64,000 nucleotides of DNA from Terriglobia bacterium (GTDB taxonomy: Bacteria > Acidobacteriota > Terriglobia > Bryobacterales > Bryobacteraceae). The stretch's first letter is position 1. Each line of letters begins with the position of its first letter. The translations under genes and the position numbers were made by a program. The stretch covers positions 1,628,039-1,692,038 of the forward strand of contig CAWBUU010000001.1 of the NCBI GenBank assembly GCA_963792065.1, in the 5' to 3' direction. Shown one piece after another: positions 1-14,048 of the stretch. A model generated the notes under the pieces. The model was not told where the DNA came from, made no database searches, and was given only the letters and a program-made list of their open reading frames with translations.

Positions 1-743
1 GCGCGGCGCCGCGGAGCCATCGGCAGCGGCTATATAGATGTCCGACATCGCTCCGTCGTCGGCCTTGGGCGTGGGGCGCGAAACGTAGGCGAGATGCGAG
101 CCGTCGGGCGACCACTGCGGATCGGCCAGCACGCCGTCGGTCTTGACGATTTCGGCGGCCTTCTTCGATGCGGCGTCGATCACCCATAGGTGCGACAAGC
201 GATAGTCGCCGTCGATGACGCGCGCGTCGTTCTTGTCCTTCTGATCTTTTTCCTGCGCGTCGGTGAGCGGGACGCCGGCGACGAACGCGATGCGCTTGGA
301 ATCGGGCGACCAGGCGAAGGATGTGACGCCGCCCTTCGCCTCGGTCAGCGGGTCGGCCTTCGCCGCCGAATGCGGGCATGAGATAGATTTGCGCGCGCGG
401 CGGTTCGCTCGCGGCGGCGCCGTTATCGCGCGTGGTTCGGAGAAAGGCGATGCATTGCCCGTCGGGCGACCACTCGGGCGACCGGTCATTGTTCCCGCTG
501 GTGAATCTGCGGGCCTTGTTTCCGGCTGGTGCGCCCGTTGCCGGAGCGAGCCAGATCTCAGTGTCGCCGCCGGTCATCGCCTAGATCCGCGTACGACACT
601 TCGTAAAGGACCAGCTTGCCGTCGGGCGAGATTTGCGCGCCGCCCACCGACTTGATGGCCAGCACGTCGTCGGGCGTCATGGGTCGCGGGGTTTGGGAGA
701 AAGCGGGAGCTAGTAGGATCAGGGTGAGCGCGAGGGGTCTCAT
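1..743 (-). CDS. S9-family serine peptidase (prolyl oligopeptidase / acylaminoacyl-peptidase-like), N-terminal beta-propeller part. The 3' part runs off the window and the frame is broken at least twice.
   Basis: ATG at 743 gives a signal-like MRPLALTLILLAPAFSQ followed by ISPDGKLVLYEV. Further downstream in other frames I read PEWSPDGQCIAF, FAWSPDSKRIAF and PQWSPDGSHLAYV, the repeated WSPDG blades typical of S9/TolB-like propellers. Confidence 0.6.
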
Positions 744-915
744 ATCGTAATTGCGATTGTACCCCGCGAGTCGGCATGACGATGGCGCATTACCACCAGG
801 CTGGCTCGGGCTGGCCAGATTGACAGATTTTGAGAATTGCATAACAGGTTGGTTCGACGGACGTTCTTGTTTGGCCATGGAGTTGCCACTTAGTGACGCA
901 GGAGGCAAGAACACA

Positions 916-1278
916 ATGAAATCGAGTTTGATTGCAATGTTGTTCCTGGCGGGCGGGTCATTGTTTGCTCAATCTGGGTTTGCTCAATCTGGGTTTGCTC
1001 AATCTGGGCACTCTGATTTTCGTCCCGCGCAACGTCAGGACGTCCGTGAAGACCATCGCGATCTGCGGCACGACGAGGCACAAGTGAACCGCCTGCGCGC
1101 GGACATCGCACGCGAGCGAAATCTTCTAAACCAGGCTCGTCACCGCGGCGACTGGCGGCGGGCGCAAGATTTGCAGCGCGAGATAGCGCGTGATCAGCGG
1201 AGTCTCGACGTTTTGCTGAAAGACATGGCTCACGATCGGCGCGATGCCGGGCATGATCAGCGGAACCTTTATCGCTGA
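916..1278 (+). CDS. Small secreted hypothetical protein, charged and helical, with an FAQSG x3 repeat after the signal peptide
   Basis: GGAGG at 901-905 and ATG at 916. Signal-like MKSSLIAMLFLAGGSLFA. The rest is R/D/H/Q-rich. This is the in-frame part of ORF 751..1278. Confidence 0.55.
   Translation: MKSSLIAMLFLAGGSLFAQSGFAQSGFAQSGHSDFRPAQRQDVREDHRDLRHDEAQVNRLRADIARERNLLNQARHRGDWRRAQDLQREIARDQRSLDVLLKDMAHDRRDAGHDQRNLYR
963..1007 (+). repeat. Perfect 3 x 15 bp tandem repeat (gtttgctcaatctgg) inside the CDS
   Basis: Read directly: three identical consecutive 15-mers encoding FAQSG FAQSG FAQSG. Confidence 0.9.
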
Positions 1279-1327
1279 CGATTCGTGGGAACGCGGAGAC
1301 AAGGAGGCATGACATGAAAAACCCATT

Positions 1328-1528
1328 GTGGATCGCGGCTATGACCAATATCGCGAGCGCCGTTCCGCCGGCGAGTCAGCGGCCATTGTCGGCGGTAGCG
1401 CCGCGACCGGCGCCATTTTTGGAGTGATCGCTGGAGGCGGCAAGGGTGCGGCAATCGGCGCGCTGATCGGCGGCATTGGTGGCCTGATTGTCGACAGCGC
1501 AACGCGCGATCGGCACGATCACCACTAA
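1328..1528 (+). CDS. Small glycine-zipper protein. The true start may be the ATG at 1314 in another frame.
   Basis: ORF 1328..1528 contains GAIFGVIAGGGKGAAIGALIGGIGGLIV (GxxxG zipper). AAGGAGG at 1301-1307 precedes ATG 1314 (MKNPLWIAAM...), which is out of frame with the zipper, suggesting an indel. Confidence 0.5.
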   Translation: MDRGYDQYRERRSAGESAAIVGGSAATGAIFGVIAGGGKGAAIGALIGGIGGLIVDSATRDRHDHH

Positions 1529-1550
1529 TGTGGGCTTCAGTTGGGCGCCT

Positions 1551-4500
1551 TCAGAGCCCGGAGGCTTCCTGCGCGATGCGCTCGAAGCCTTTCGCTCGGG
1601 CCGTCTTCACGAGGTCGTCAAGCTGTCTGCGGCCGGCAGCAGCGTTGCGCTTGAGCTCGATTTGGCCGAGAGCCAGCTTCGCTTCCAGACGGAGTCGCAG
1701 CATCGAGTCATTGGTCTGGGCGAGCACTCGACGCGCGGTCTGCTCCGCACCAGCCAAGTGATTGGTGGCAGATAGAAGCCGGGCGTAGTCGAGATCGAAG
1801 GACCGCCTGGCGACGACATTCAAACTTCGCTTCGCCAGCTCACGCGCGGGGCTCAGAGCCTGCGCCGCTTCGTCGGTCCGCCCTTGTTGAAGGAGCGCGC
1901 GGGAAAGCAATGCACGAGCCGAGATTTCTTTGTCCGGTTCGCTTTGCTTCTGGAACACCGCCAGCGCCGAACGGGCAAGCTGCTCGGCATCCTGCTGTCG
2001 GCCGAGGTCGCAATTGATCTCAGCGATAGCCAGGCGCGTTTCCGCCGCGCTGCCCAGTTTGCCCAGTTGCTCCTGTTGATGTAGAGCTTCCTGAAGAGTC
2101 TTGAGCGCCTGATCCGTCTTGCCTTGCTCCGCCTGCAGTTCGCCAATGCTCGCCAGTCGCTCGGCGGCATAGCTTTTCTCCCCGAGATCCTGCTCGATGG
2201 CCAGCGATTGATGATACATTTTGTCAGCCGCGGCGAGGTCGCCTTCTTCCAGCAGCACGTCGCCGGTGGCCGCCAGCGCGAGCGCCGCCGAGCCGCGATG
2301 CCCTAATTCGTTCGAGAGAGCCAGGACTCGTTGATAATTCGCCAGCGCCTCCGGCAGCTTGCCTTCCGCGCGATAGAGATTGCCGGAGTTGCCGGTGGCC
2401 ACGACGATGCCGTTGCGGTCGCCCGCCAGCGTGTAGTTCTCAAGCGACTCGGCGTACATTTTGTGAGCGGTGGCGAAGTCGCCCTGCTTGACGTGAACCA
2501 GTCCGAGGTTCACGAGCGTGGTTGCCGTTCCCTGACGGTCGCCGATTTCCCGCATGATGGCAAGCGCCTTTCGGTCCAGATCCGCGGCGCGTGCGTAATC
2601 GCCCTGATTCAAGGGGACCTCGGCCATGGCGTGCAAAGCGCGCGCGATGCCGCCGCGATCGCCGGCCGCCACAAAACCGCGATAGGCGGCGTCGCACACC
2701 GATCCGGCACGCTGGTTCTCTCCCAGGTTCGCAAGCGCACGGCATTCGGTGGCGCGGGCGCGAGCTGCCAGCAGGCGGGCCCCTTGGCGATCGGCCTTCA
2801 GGGCGGCACGCTCGGCTGCATCGCGGCGAAGTTTGCTGTCGCCCGTGGACGAAGCAGCGTTGGCCACCGCAAGATCGGTTCGGGGATCGTCAGCCGCAGC
2901 GGCATTGTTCCGCGTCAAGGCGGCGAGCGTGTCCAGCGCTTCCTTACCGCGGCCACCCGAGCTCTCGGCATCGGCGAGGTCGAGTGCGTAGTCCAGGCTG
3001 TCGGGGAACAAACCCGCGAGCACCTGGTATGTATCGATCGCCTTCGGCCACTCGCTGGTCGCTTCGTACAGGCGGGCCTCGACCCGCAGGTGATTCTCGC
3101 GCGAAAGTCCGCCGGCGCATCCAAAGCGAGTTTCGCTTCTTCGGCAGCCTTCACGCTGTAGCCCAGCGTTCGCCAGGAGGTGGACAGCGCGGAGTGAGTC
3201 AGCGGATCAGCAGAGTCGAGCGCGGTCGCACGAACCAGAAGGTCGCGAGCGCCGAGTGCGTCGAATGTGTCGAAGCGCGCGCGCGCTTCCGAATACAGGC
3301 GCATCGTCTCGGGTTTGGAAGGAAACGCGGCGCGAATCTGTTGCGCTTCAACATCGGAAATGGCCGACATCCCGAAACGCTCGCGCAGGCGCGCGCCGGC
3401 GCGCAAGACCAGGTCCAAAACGTCGCGATCGCTTCCCATCTCCGATACGGCCGCCGTGGTTTCGCCGGTGGCGGCATTCTCGAAATGGACGTCCACGCGC
3501 GTTTGCCCCTGCTTGCTCGGGCCCCATCGCGATATGATCCCAGGACGATCCAGTCGCTGCCCAGGTTCTTGCGAACCCGATCGAGAGTCGGATCGCGGAA
3601 TGGTTTCCATGTCCGGCAATGCGAGATCGGCTCGCGTGCGCGCGATGGTTTCCGCCGGGATGATGCGGACCTCTTCGCCGGCGGCGAGTTGAGCGGCCAG
3701 GGCTTCCGACAACGCCGTGGAGAGCCACGCAGTGTCCGCGCTTCCGGAAAGATTCTGGAAACCCCACACCGCAACGGAACGCCGCACGTGCGCGGGCGCC
3801 GCGGTAGGCGAGTGCGCCGAGCGTCTGGCCGGGCAACTTGCCGAACCACCATGCGGCTGCTCCGGCGGAGAGCGCAGTACAGCCATAGCCGTCGCCAGCG
3901 ACTCTTTGTGGCGGCGAGCGAATCGAGAGCCGCGATACGACAGCGCCGGCTTGCGCGCCTGGATCGGCCGGCCCGAGAGGTGACGCTGGATGTCGGCGGC
4001 GAAATCCGCCACCGAGCCATAGCGCTCCTCAGGCGGCTTTCGCAGAGCCTTCCAGATGATCGTGTCGAGGTCGCGGCTCAGCCGCCGATTCTTGTGGAGG
4101 CGAAGCGCAACGCTTGAGGGCCGCTCCGGCGCCTGCTCGCAAATCAGCCGCTCGATCTCCTGCCGGGAGCGATTTTCGGCCGTGAATGGGCCGCTGCCCA
4201 GCCAACAACTCGTACAAAAGCACGCCTAGGGAATAGATGTCGGAGGCGCATGTCACCGGCTTCGCCGCGCACTTGCTCCGGGCTGGCGTATTCCACCGTC
4301 ATGGGCCGCAAGCCGGTCCCGGTGGCCAGCGGGACTTGCTGCAATTCCGGATTCAGAAGCTTCGCGATTCCGAAGTCGAGAAGACGAGGCGTGCCGTCGC
4401 CGGTGATCAGAATGTTGCCCTGGCTTGAGATCGCGATGGATCACCTGGTTGCGATGCGCGTATTCGACCGCGCTGCAGACCTTGAGGAACAACTCGAGCC

Positions 4501-5037
4501 GCTCCCGAACCGAAAGCTGGCGAGCATCGCAAAACTCGCCGATGGGCACGCCCTCGACGTACTCCATGATCAGGTAGGGCAAGCCGTCTCTCGGTGCTGC
4601 CGCCGTCCAGCAGCTTGACGATGTTGGCGTGATCGAGCGCCGCCAGCGTCTGCCGCTCGTTTCCAAAGCGATGGAGAATCTCCTGGCTATAGACGCCGGG
4701 CTTCAACATCTTAATAGCCAGCGCGCATGCGGAATTGCCCGTCGTCGCGCTCGCCCAGGTAGACCACCGCCATGCCGCCGTGGCCGATTTCGCGCGTGAT
4801 GCGGTAAGCGCCCACTCGCTTGCCCGGCATCGCGCCCGGCGATTGATCCAGAACGTGGAGCGCGGCCGGCGTCTCCAGCAGCGTGTCGGCTTGATCGTGA
4901 TAGAAGAGCAGCGACTCGACTTCCTCGCGCAACTCGTCGTTTTCGGCGCAAGCGCGCCGGACAAAATCGGGGCGTTCCTCGGGAGCCTGCTCAAGGGCGA
5001 GAGCCAGAATGTCTTTGGCTTGGTCCCACAAATCCAT
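1551..5037 (-). CDS. Ser/Thr protein kinase with a long C-terminal TPR domain (STK-1). The frame is broken at least 5 times.
   Basis: Kinase motifs are spread over ORF fragments: GHGGMAVVY (4711..5037), VIHRDLKPG (4253..4666), [10 protein letters not shown] (4144..4344), [19 protein letters not shown] (4029..4256). TPR-rich 490 aa ORF at 1551..3023. The start lies 8 bp after the sigma gene stop. Confidence 0.8.
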
Positions 5038-5044
5038 CGCGAAC

Positions 5045-5632
5045 CTATCCGGTTTTCAGCTCGCGCGCCAGCCAGGCCTTGGCGACGTTCCAATTGCGCT
5101 TGACCGTGGCGGGCGAAACGGCTAGCACGCCGGCGGTCTCGTCGACGCTGAGGCCGCCGAAGAAGCGCAACTCCACGACGCGGGCGTGTTGCGGATCGAC
5201 GGCCTCCAGCCGCGTCAGCGCTTCGTCGACAGCCAGCACGTCCGCGGTACGGTCCTTGGAAACCAGCGAGGCTTCCTGCAAGTAGATCTTGCGGACTTTC
5301 CCTCCGCGTTTGGCGGACCGCTGGCCGCGGCTGTAATCCAGCAGGATGCGCCGCATCATTTGCGCTGCGATGCCGATCACCTGGCTCTTACTCTCCCATT
5401 GCACCTCGCGCTGCTCCACCAAACGCAGATACGCCTCGTGCACCAGCGCCGTGGTCTGCAAGGTGTGATTCTCGCGCTCACCCTCCATGTAGTGAGCCGC
5501 CAGGCGGCGCAATTCCGTATAGAGCGCTGTGACCCAGGCTCCCAGCGCTTCCTCGTTGCCGCTCTTCCGGCTCGACGACTCTACGAGTTCATCCGGCAGG
5601 AGCATCTCCATCCAGTGTAGTGTATCGTTCAT
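5045..5632 (-). CDS. ECF-type RNA polymerase sigma factor (TIGR02999-like, kinase-associated type)
   Basis: Internal ATG at 5632 of ORF 5045..5935. Region 2: ALVHEAYLRLV. Region 4: RVVELRFFGGLSVDETAGVLAVSPATVKRNWNVAKAWL. Sits directly upstream of STK-1. Confidence 0.85.
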   Translation of the reverse strand: MNDTLHWMEMLLPDELVESSSRKSGNEEALGAWVTALYTELRRLAAHYMEGERENHTLQTTALVHEAYLRLVEQREVQWESKSQVIGIAAQMMRRILLDYSRGQRSAKRGGKVRKIYLQEASLVSKDRTADVLAVDEALTRLEAVDPQHARVVELRFFGGLSVDETAGVLAVSPATVKRNWNVAKAWLARELKTG

Positions 5633-5806
5633 TTCGCGATCGGCGAGTACTGGTACGAAAACCGCGCCACCCGTTGGCTTGGGATGAGCTCGTTTATCCG
5701 GATTTTGCGCGCTAACCGGGTACATGGCGATCTTCTGCCCGATTCGGCGGGCCTCGCCAGAGGAAGAATCCGAGCGATAGACGGATACAGTCTTACAGGA
5801 GCGATC

Positions 5807-6775
5807 ATGAGAACCAATACGATCAAAGGTGTTCACTTGGCGGTTGCGCTGGCGGTGATAGTCATCAGTGGCGGGCCGATAAAGGCTGACCCGATCTATT
5901 ACGTCATGACCTCCTACGGCCCAAGCTACACGCAATCGACCCCGGTTTCCACTACCGGCGACCTAAACGGCACGGGCGGATTGCTTTTGCAACTGACAGG
6001 CGGCGCGTCGGCGTCCCCCGGCATTCTTGGGGCCGTGTCCGGTGCAACGCTGACCGGCTTTTCAGGCAGTTGCCCGGGCGGATTCTGCGGTTGGGCCGTA
6101 GACTCAGAGGCCCAGTTCACGATCGACGACATTATTTTTTCGGGACCGACTGCATCTGTAACCGCCGCGCTCAATCTGGCGTTGGCCGGTTCCCTGAGTG
6201 CCTCCGCATCGGCGAGCGGATCATTCCAGTACGGAGCGGAGGGTGTAGCCAATGTCCACTTCGAGGGGTTCCTCACCGATAATGACCAATTCGATTTTGG
6301 GTTTGACGGAAGCATGGAAAACAACCAGTGGAATGGGAACTACGTCTCCGGCACGTCCTGCTTCCTGAGGAGCGGTCTCTTCGGTGACATTTCCGGCTGT
6401 AGCACGCCTGTTGGATTGGTGAGCAGCACCGTTGGCACGGACTCGTTTGAAGTGCCCACCGGCGTCCCCCTGATGCTGCAGATGACGCTGAGTACGGACG
6501 CGGGTGTCGGTGGCTACGTAAACGGCACGGGTTCTGCCGGCGCAACGGGTGGCGCCAACTTCATTGACACGGTTAGCTTTCCATTTTCGGGATTCGTTTT
6601 CGATCTTCCGGACGGCTACACGGTGAATTCGGTGGAAGGGCAGATCGTGAACAATCAGTTTGTCGGAGTCGAGAGCACCAGCGAGGTCCCGGAGCCGGCG
6701 AGTTGGCCGGTGCTGGTGGCCGGCATCGGGGCGATCGTTCTGGTGCGTCGCCGGAAGATGATGCGCGCAAATTAG
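5807..6775 (+). CDS. PEP-CTERM sorting-domain secreted protein
   Basis: ATG at 5807 gives the signal MRTNTIKGVHLAVALAVIVISG. The C-terminus VPEPASWPVLVAGIGAIVLVRRRK is a PEP motif plus TM helix plus basic tail. Divergent from the ECF sigma gene. Confidence 0.8.
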   Translation: MRTNTIKGVHLAVALAVIVISGGPIKADPIYYVMTSYGPSYTQSTPVSTTGDLNGTGGLLLQLTGGASASPGILGAVSGATLTGFSGSCPGGFCGWAVDSEAQFTIDDIIFSGPTASVTAALNLALAGSLSASASASGSFQYGAEGVANVHFEGFLTDNDQFDFGFDGSMENNQWNGNYVSGTSCFLRSGLFGDISGCSTPVGLVSSTVGTDSFEVPTGVPLMLQMTLSTDAGVGGYVNGTGSAGATGGANFIDTVSFPFSGFVFDLPDGYTVNSVEGQIVNNQFVGVESTSEVPEPASWPVLVAGIGAIVLVRRRKMMRAN

Positions 6776-6783
6776 GGATGGGT

Positions 6784-6859
6784 TGGTGGACGGCATGGGA
6801 TTCGAACCCACGACCCCGGCGTTGCGAACGCCGTGCTCTCCCAGCTGAGCTAGCCGCCC
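6784..6859 (-). tRNA. tRNA-Ala (anticodon CGC)
   Basis: The reverse complement folds by hand as a cloverleaf: acceptor GGGCGGC/GCCGTCC with G3:U70, anticodon loop TTCGCAA, T-loop GGGTTCGAATCCC, encoded CCA. 76 nt. Confidence 0.9.
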
Positions 6860-6941
6860 ACTTCGAGGGATTGCTTCTTCTATTTTACCCCACGCTCGAT
6901 GAGCGAAGGTCGAGACGCCGGCGCGGGCGCGGGCGTGAGCA

Positions 6942-7331
6942 CTAGCCGAAGTTCCTGAAGCTGCTATCGTCGATGATGATCTGCGGATCCTCTTCCACCG
7001 TTTGTTTGTCCGAGTAAACTTTCGCGGTGTACTTCAACGTCAGAGTCGATCCCTGGGGTGCGCTGGGCAGCTTCAGATAGTCCGTAGTTTCTCCCCGGCT
7101 CGCGGTTAACACCAACCCCCTGCACGAGTCAAACAGCGGGTCGTCATCGAATCTGATCTCGATGTCGCCATCGAGGCTGGTCCACCGAACCTTAGATTTG
7201 GAAGGCGTTTTCAATCGTCGGCCGGGTTGCACCGTGATATTGATTTCATCCAGAGCAATGTATTCCAACATCGGTCGGCCCTGGCTGTCTTCCCCGACGA
7301 AGATGCTGTTGGTGTACCTGGTGGGCTTCAT
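6942..7331 (-). CDS. Hypothetical protein (129 aa), no recognisable domain
   Basis: Intact ORF with visibly lower GC than its flanks, 35 bp downstream of STK-2 on the same strand and next to tRNA-Ala. Confidence 0.5.
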   Translation of the reverse strand: MKPTRYTNSIFVGEDSQGRPMLEYIALDEINITVQPGRRLKTPSKSKVRWTSLDGDIEIRFDDDPLFDSCRGLVLTASRGETTDYLKLPSAPQGSTLTLKYTAKVYSDKQTVEEDPQIIIDDSSFRNFG

Positions 7332-7366
7332 GTGTTCTCCTTTTCACCGAGCTCCCGCTCGAACGA

Positions 7367-10202
7367 TCAGTGCTTCGGATAGCGAGTAACTAGCTCGCCA
7401 TATTTCGGATCTTGACGTAGGCTCTCCAGTTCCGGTTCTGCTTCCACTTGTGTGATCGAATAGCCCTTCTTGAGCAGTTCTTCCAGGATTTCCAGGGCGC
7501 TGGCGCGTCGCCCGGCAATTTCGAAAACGAGCAAGGCTTGCGCGGCTACGGTCGTGTCTCGCGGTGCAAGTTGTTGGGCGCGTTGGATACCCACTAAGGC
7601 TTCTTCCTTGTCTCCCACCTTCGCTCGATAGACCGCGAGGCTGCTCCAGGCTGCAGCGTCTTTGGGATTGATGGCCAATTGCTGTTCGGCCATTTCAATG
7701 GCGCGTCGCGTACGCCGGCACCGCTTTCTCCGCGAAGCCGGGAGCCGCCCGGTAGGAGTCGGCGAGATTTCCGAGCACGACGTAGCTGGCGCCGGCTTGC
7801 ACTGCTTTCTCGTACATGTCGACCGCCTCAGCGTAGCGGCCTTGTTGGTAGTACAGTGTGCCCAGATTGGAATAATTCTGATTGGTCGGACTCACTTCGA
7901 TGGACTTCTTGAGCAGCTTCTCGGCTTCGTCGTAGCGTCCCGTCGCGATGTACAAGCCGCCCAAGCTGGAGTAGCCGTTGAAATTGTCCGGTGTCAATTC
8001 GATCACACGGCGGAACTGAGGTTCGGCCTCCGAATACCTCCCGTGCCGGTAGTAGAATGCACCCAGCGCAAAGGTGCACGACCAATCCGCCGGCCGCAGT
8101 TGCATGGCCCTATGGTATGTGTTTTCGGCCGCCTTCATATTGTTCTTGGCTTCGTAAGCCCGTCCCAGTTCGCGGTACGCCTCGGCATTGATCGGATCGA
8201 GTTCGAGCGCTCCCTTGAATTCTTCGATCCCTCTGTCGTACTGGCCCTTGGCCGCGAAGATCGTTCCCAGGTTGACGTGGGCCAAGGCCAGCTCATCGTT
8301 TAGTTCGACGGCGCGGCTGCCGGCAACCTGCGCCAGTTCCAGCCACTGGGCTTCCTTGGTCCGGTTGAAGTCTCGCCAATAGGCTTCGCTCAAACCGGCG
8401 TACGCCAGCGCATATCCGGAGTCAAGCCGCAGCGCTTGTTTGAAAGCTTCGACGGCACGATCGACGTTTCCGGCCAGATCATAACGGCGCAGGTAGCCTC
8501 GACCCTGCAGGTATGCGTCGTAGGCGTCAGACACCGAGGTAGCGCCCTGGCTTAAGGCCCTGCGCGCCTGTGGCTGCAACTGCATCTCCAGCAACTCCGC
8601 GACGACGCCCACCAGCCCGTCTTCCATACTGGCGAGGTTCTCGCGGCGCATGTCGATGGTTCGCGCGCCCAGTTGCCGCAGGGTCCGGGCGTCGTTCAGA
8701 GTTCACCGTAACCCGAACTCCGTCGCCGGTGCGCTGGACGCTCCCCGTCACTGCGAAATTAACTCCGAAGGCGCGTTGTGCATCGCGCACGCTGGCGATC
8801 GATTGGCGGCGAATTTCCGAAGCCGGCACCACCAGCATCGAACCTTGAAATCGCTCGAGCTGCGTGAGCGAGCTGGTCAGGCTTTCTACAACACCGTCGC
8901 AGAACGCTTGCGCCGCGGGATCGCCGCCGACATTGGTGAACGGCAGAACGGCGAGATGCCGCGCGGCTTGAATCTGGGATCGCGAAAATATCTGCAGAAT
9001 CGGCCGTCGAACGCCCGGCAGCGCGATTGTCACCACTGCGATCGCAACCAGAAGAATCGCTCCAGCCGCACGCCATCGGCGCGGGAACCGGCGGGGAGTT
9101 TCGCCCGATCCGATCTTCGCTGTGGGCGCATCCGAAAGAGACTGGGTCCGTGTGTCCGGCCATCCTCTCAGCCTCTTCAAGTCGTCAACGAGATCTTCCA
9201 TTCGCTGATAGCGTTGCTGGGGATCTTTCTGCAGCGCCTTCTCGACGACGTCCGTCGAACTCGCCCGGCAGGTCGGGCCGCAGCTCGCGAAGAGACGGCG
9301 GTGCGGACGTAAGGATTTGGTGGATAATGGCCTGCTCATGATCTGCCCGGAATGGCCGCTGGCCCGCAGCGATCTCGTAAAGCACCACGCCGAACGAATA
9401 GATGTCGGAGCGATGATCCACGTCCCGCCTTGAATCTGTTCGGGCGACATGTATGCCACGGTTCCAAGCGCTCGCCCCGGCTGGGTCAGTGAATCTGTCC
9501 CGCGGAACTTCGCCAGACCGAAATCCGTGATCTTCAAGTCGCCCTCGGCATTGAGTAGGACGTTGCCGGTCTTCACGTCACGATGGACAATCCGGTTCCG
9601 GTGCGCGTGGGCCAGCCCCTCTGCCATTTGAATGGCATATTCAAGAATCAGCGAAGCCGGCAACTTGCTGCCGTCGCCGCCCGACTTCCGGATCGCTGGC
9701 GATCAGCGTTCCACCGGCCAGGTACTCCAGGACAAGAAACGGCTCGCCATCTCACTTCCTCGACATCGAAAATGGTGGCGATGTGCGGATGACTCAATGC
9801 CGACAAGAGCTCGTGCTTCCTGACGGAACCGGGTTGCGCGCCTCCGGAGATGCCAACAAATGAGGCGCGAGAAATTTCAGCGCGACAAGCCGGTCGAGCT
9901 TCAGGTCGCGGGCCTTGTAAACGCGGCCCATGCCGCCTTCGCCGATCTTGGCGACAATCTGGTAGTGCGACACGATGCGGCCTTCGAAGCTGCGCGATTC
10001 GAGCAGGTCGCCTGCGGCCTCCCAGGCCGGGCGTCTAAAACACCGCCCGTCGAGTCTCCCTGAGCGAGCAGGACTCAACTTCGCTGCGGAGATCGCCGTC
10101 GCCTTCGCAAGCTCCGTCCAGGAATGCTCCGCGCTGGGTAGGGTCCTGCTCCAGGGCCGAGTGATAGATCTGCTCGACTTGCTGCCAGCGTTCGGGGCGC
10201 AT
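7367..10202 (-). CDS. Ser/Thr protein kinase with C-terminal TPR domain (STK-2), frame broken several times, no adjacent sigma factor
   Basis: [14 protein letters not shown] (9794..10078). [22 protein letters not shown] and AYMSPEQ (8527..9663). [20 protein letters not shown] (9185..9421). TPR ORFs at 7695..8651 and 7367..7693. N-terminal [21 protein letters not shown] from ATG 10202. Confidence 0.8.
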
Positions 10203-10324
10203 AGGTCTTGCCTCCGAGCAATTGGATCCCATCTTGCGGGGCGCGCCAGTGGTGTAGGAAATTATAGCACCGCGCTGTAAACTCCGGTTCGGTTTCTCGG
10301 CTAAAATGAAGGTTCCCGCACAAA

Positions 10325-14044
<3,720 letters not shown>

Positions 14045-14048
<4 letters not shown>

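Noticed and set aside
2591-4117. Long ORFs antisense to, or out of frame with, recognised genes. Examples: 2591..4117 (+), 11589..12560 (-), 38635..41172 (+), 47785..49362 (+, second half), 29693..30982 (-), 27298..28107 (-), 24697..25009-type overlaps.
   Set aside because: They are Arg/Ala/Gly/Pro-rich low-complexity translations with no motifs, and each overlaps a gene with clear family signatures. These are typical shadow ORFs of high-GC DNA.
5740-5790. GGAAGAAT...GACGGAT upstream of the PEP-CTERM gene as an ECF-type promoter.
   Set aside because: It is only a loose resemblance to GGAAC-N16-17-CGTC, with poor spacing and sequence match. This cannot be supported without a defined consensus for this sigma group.
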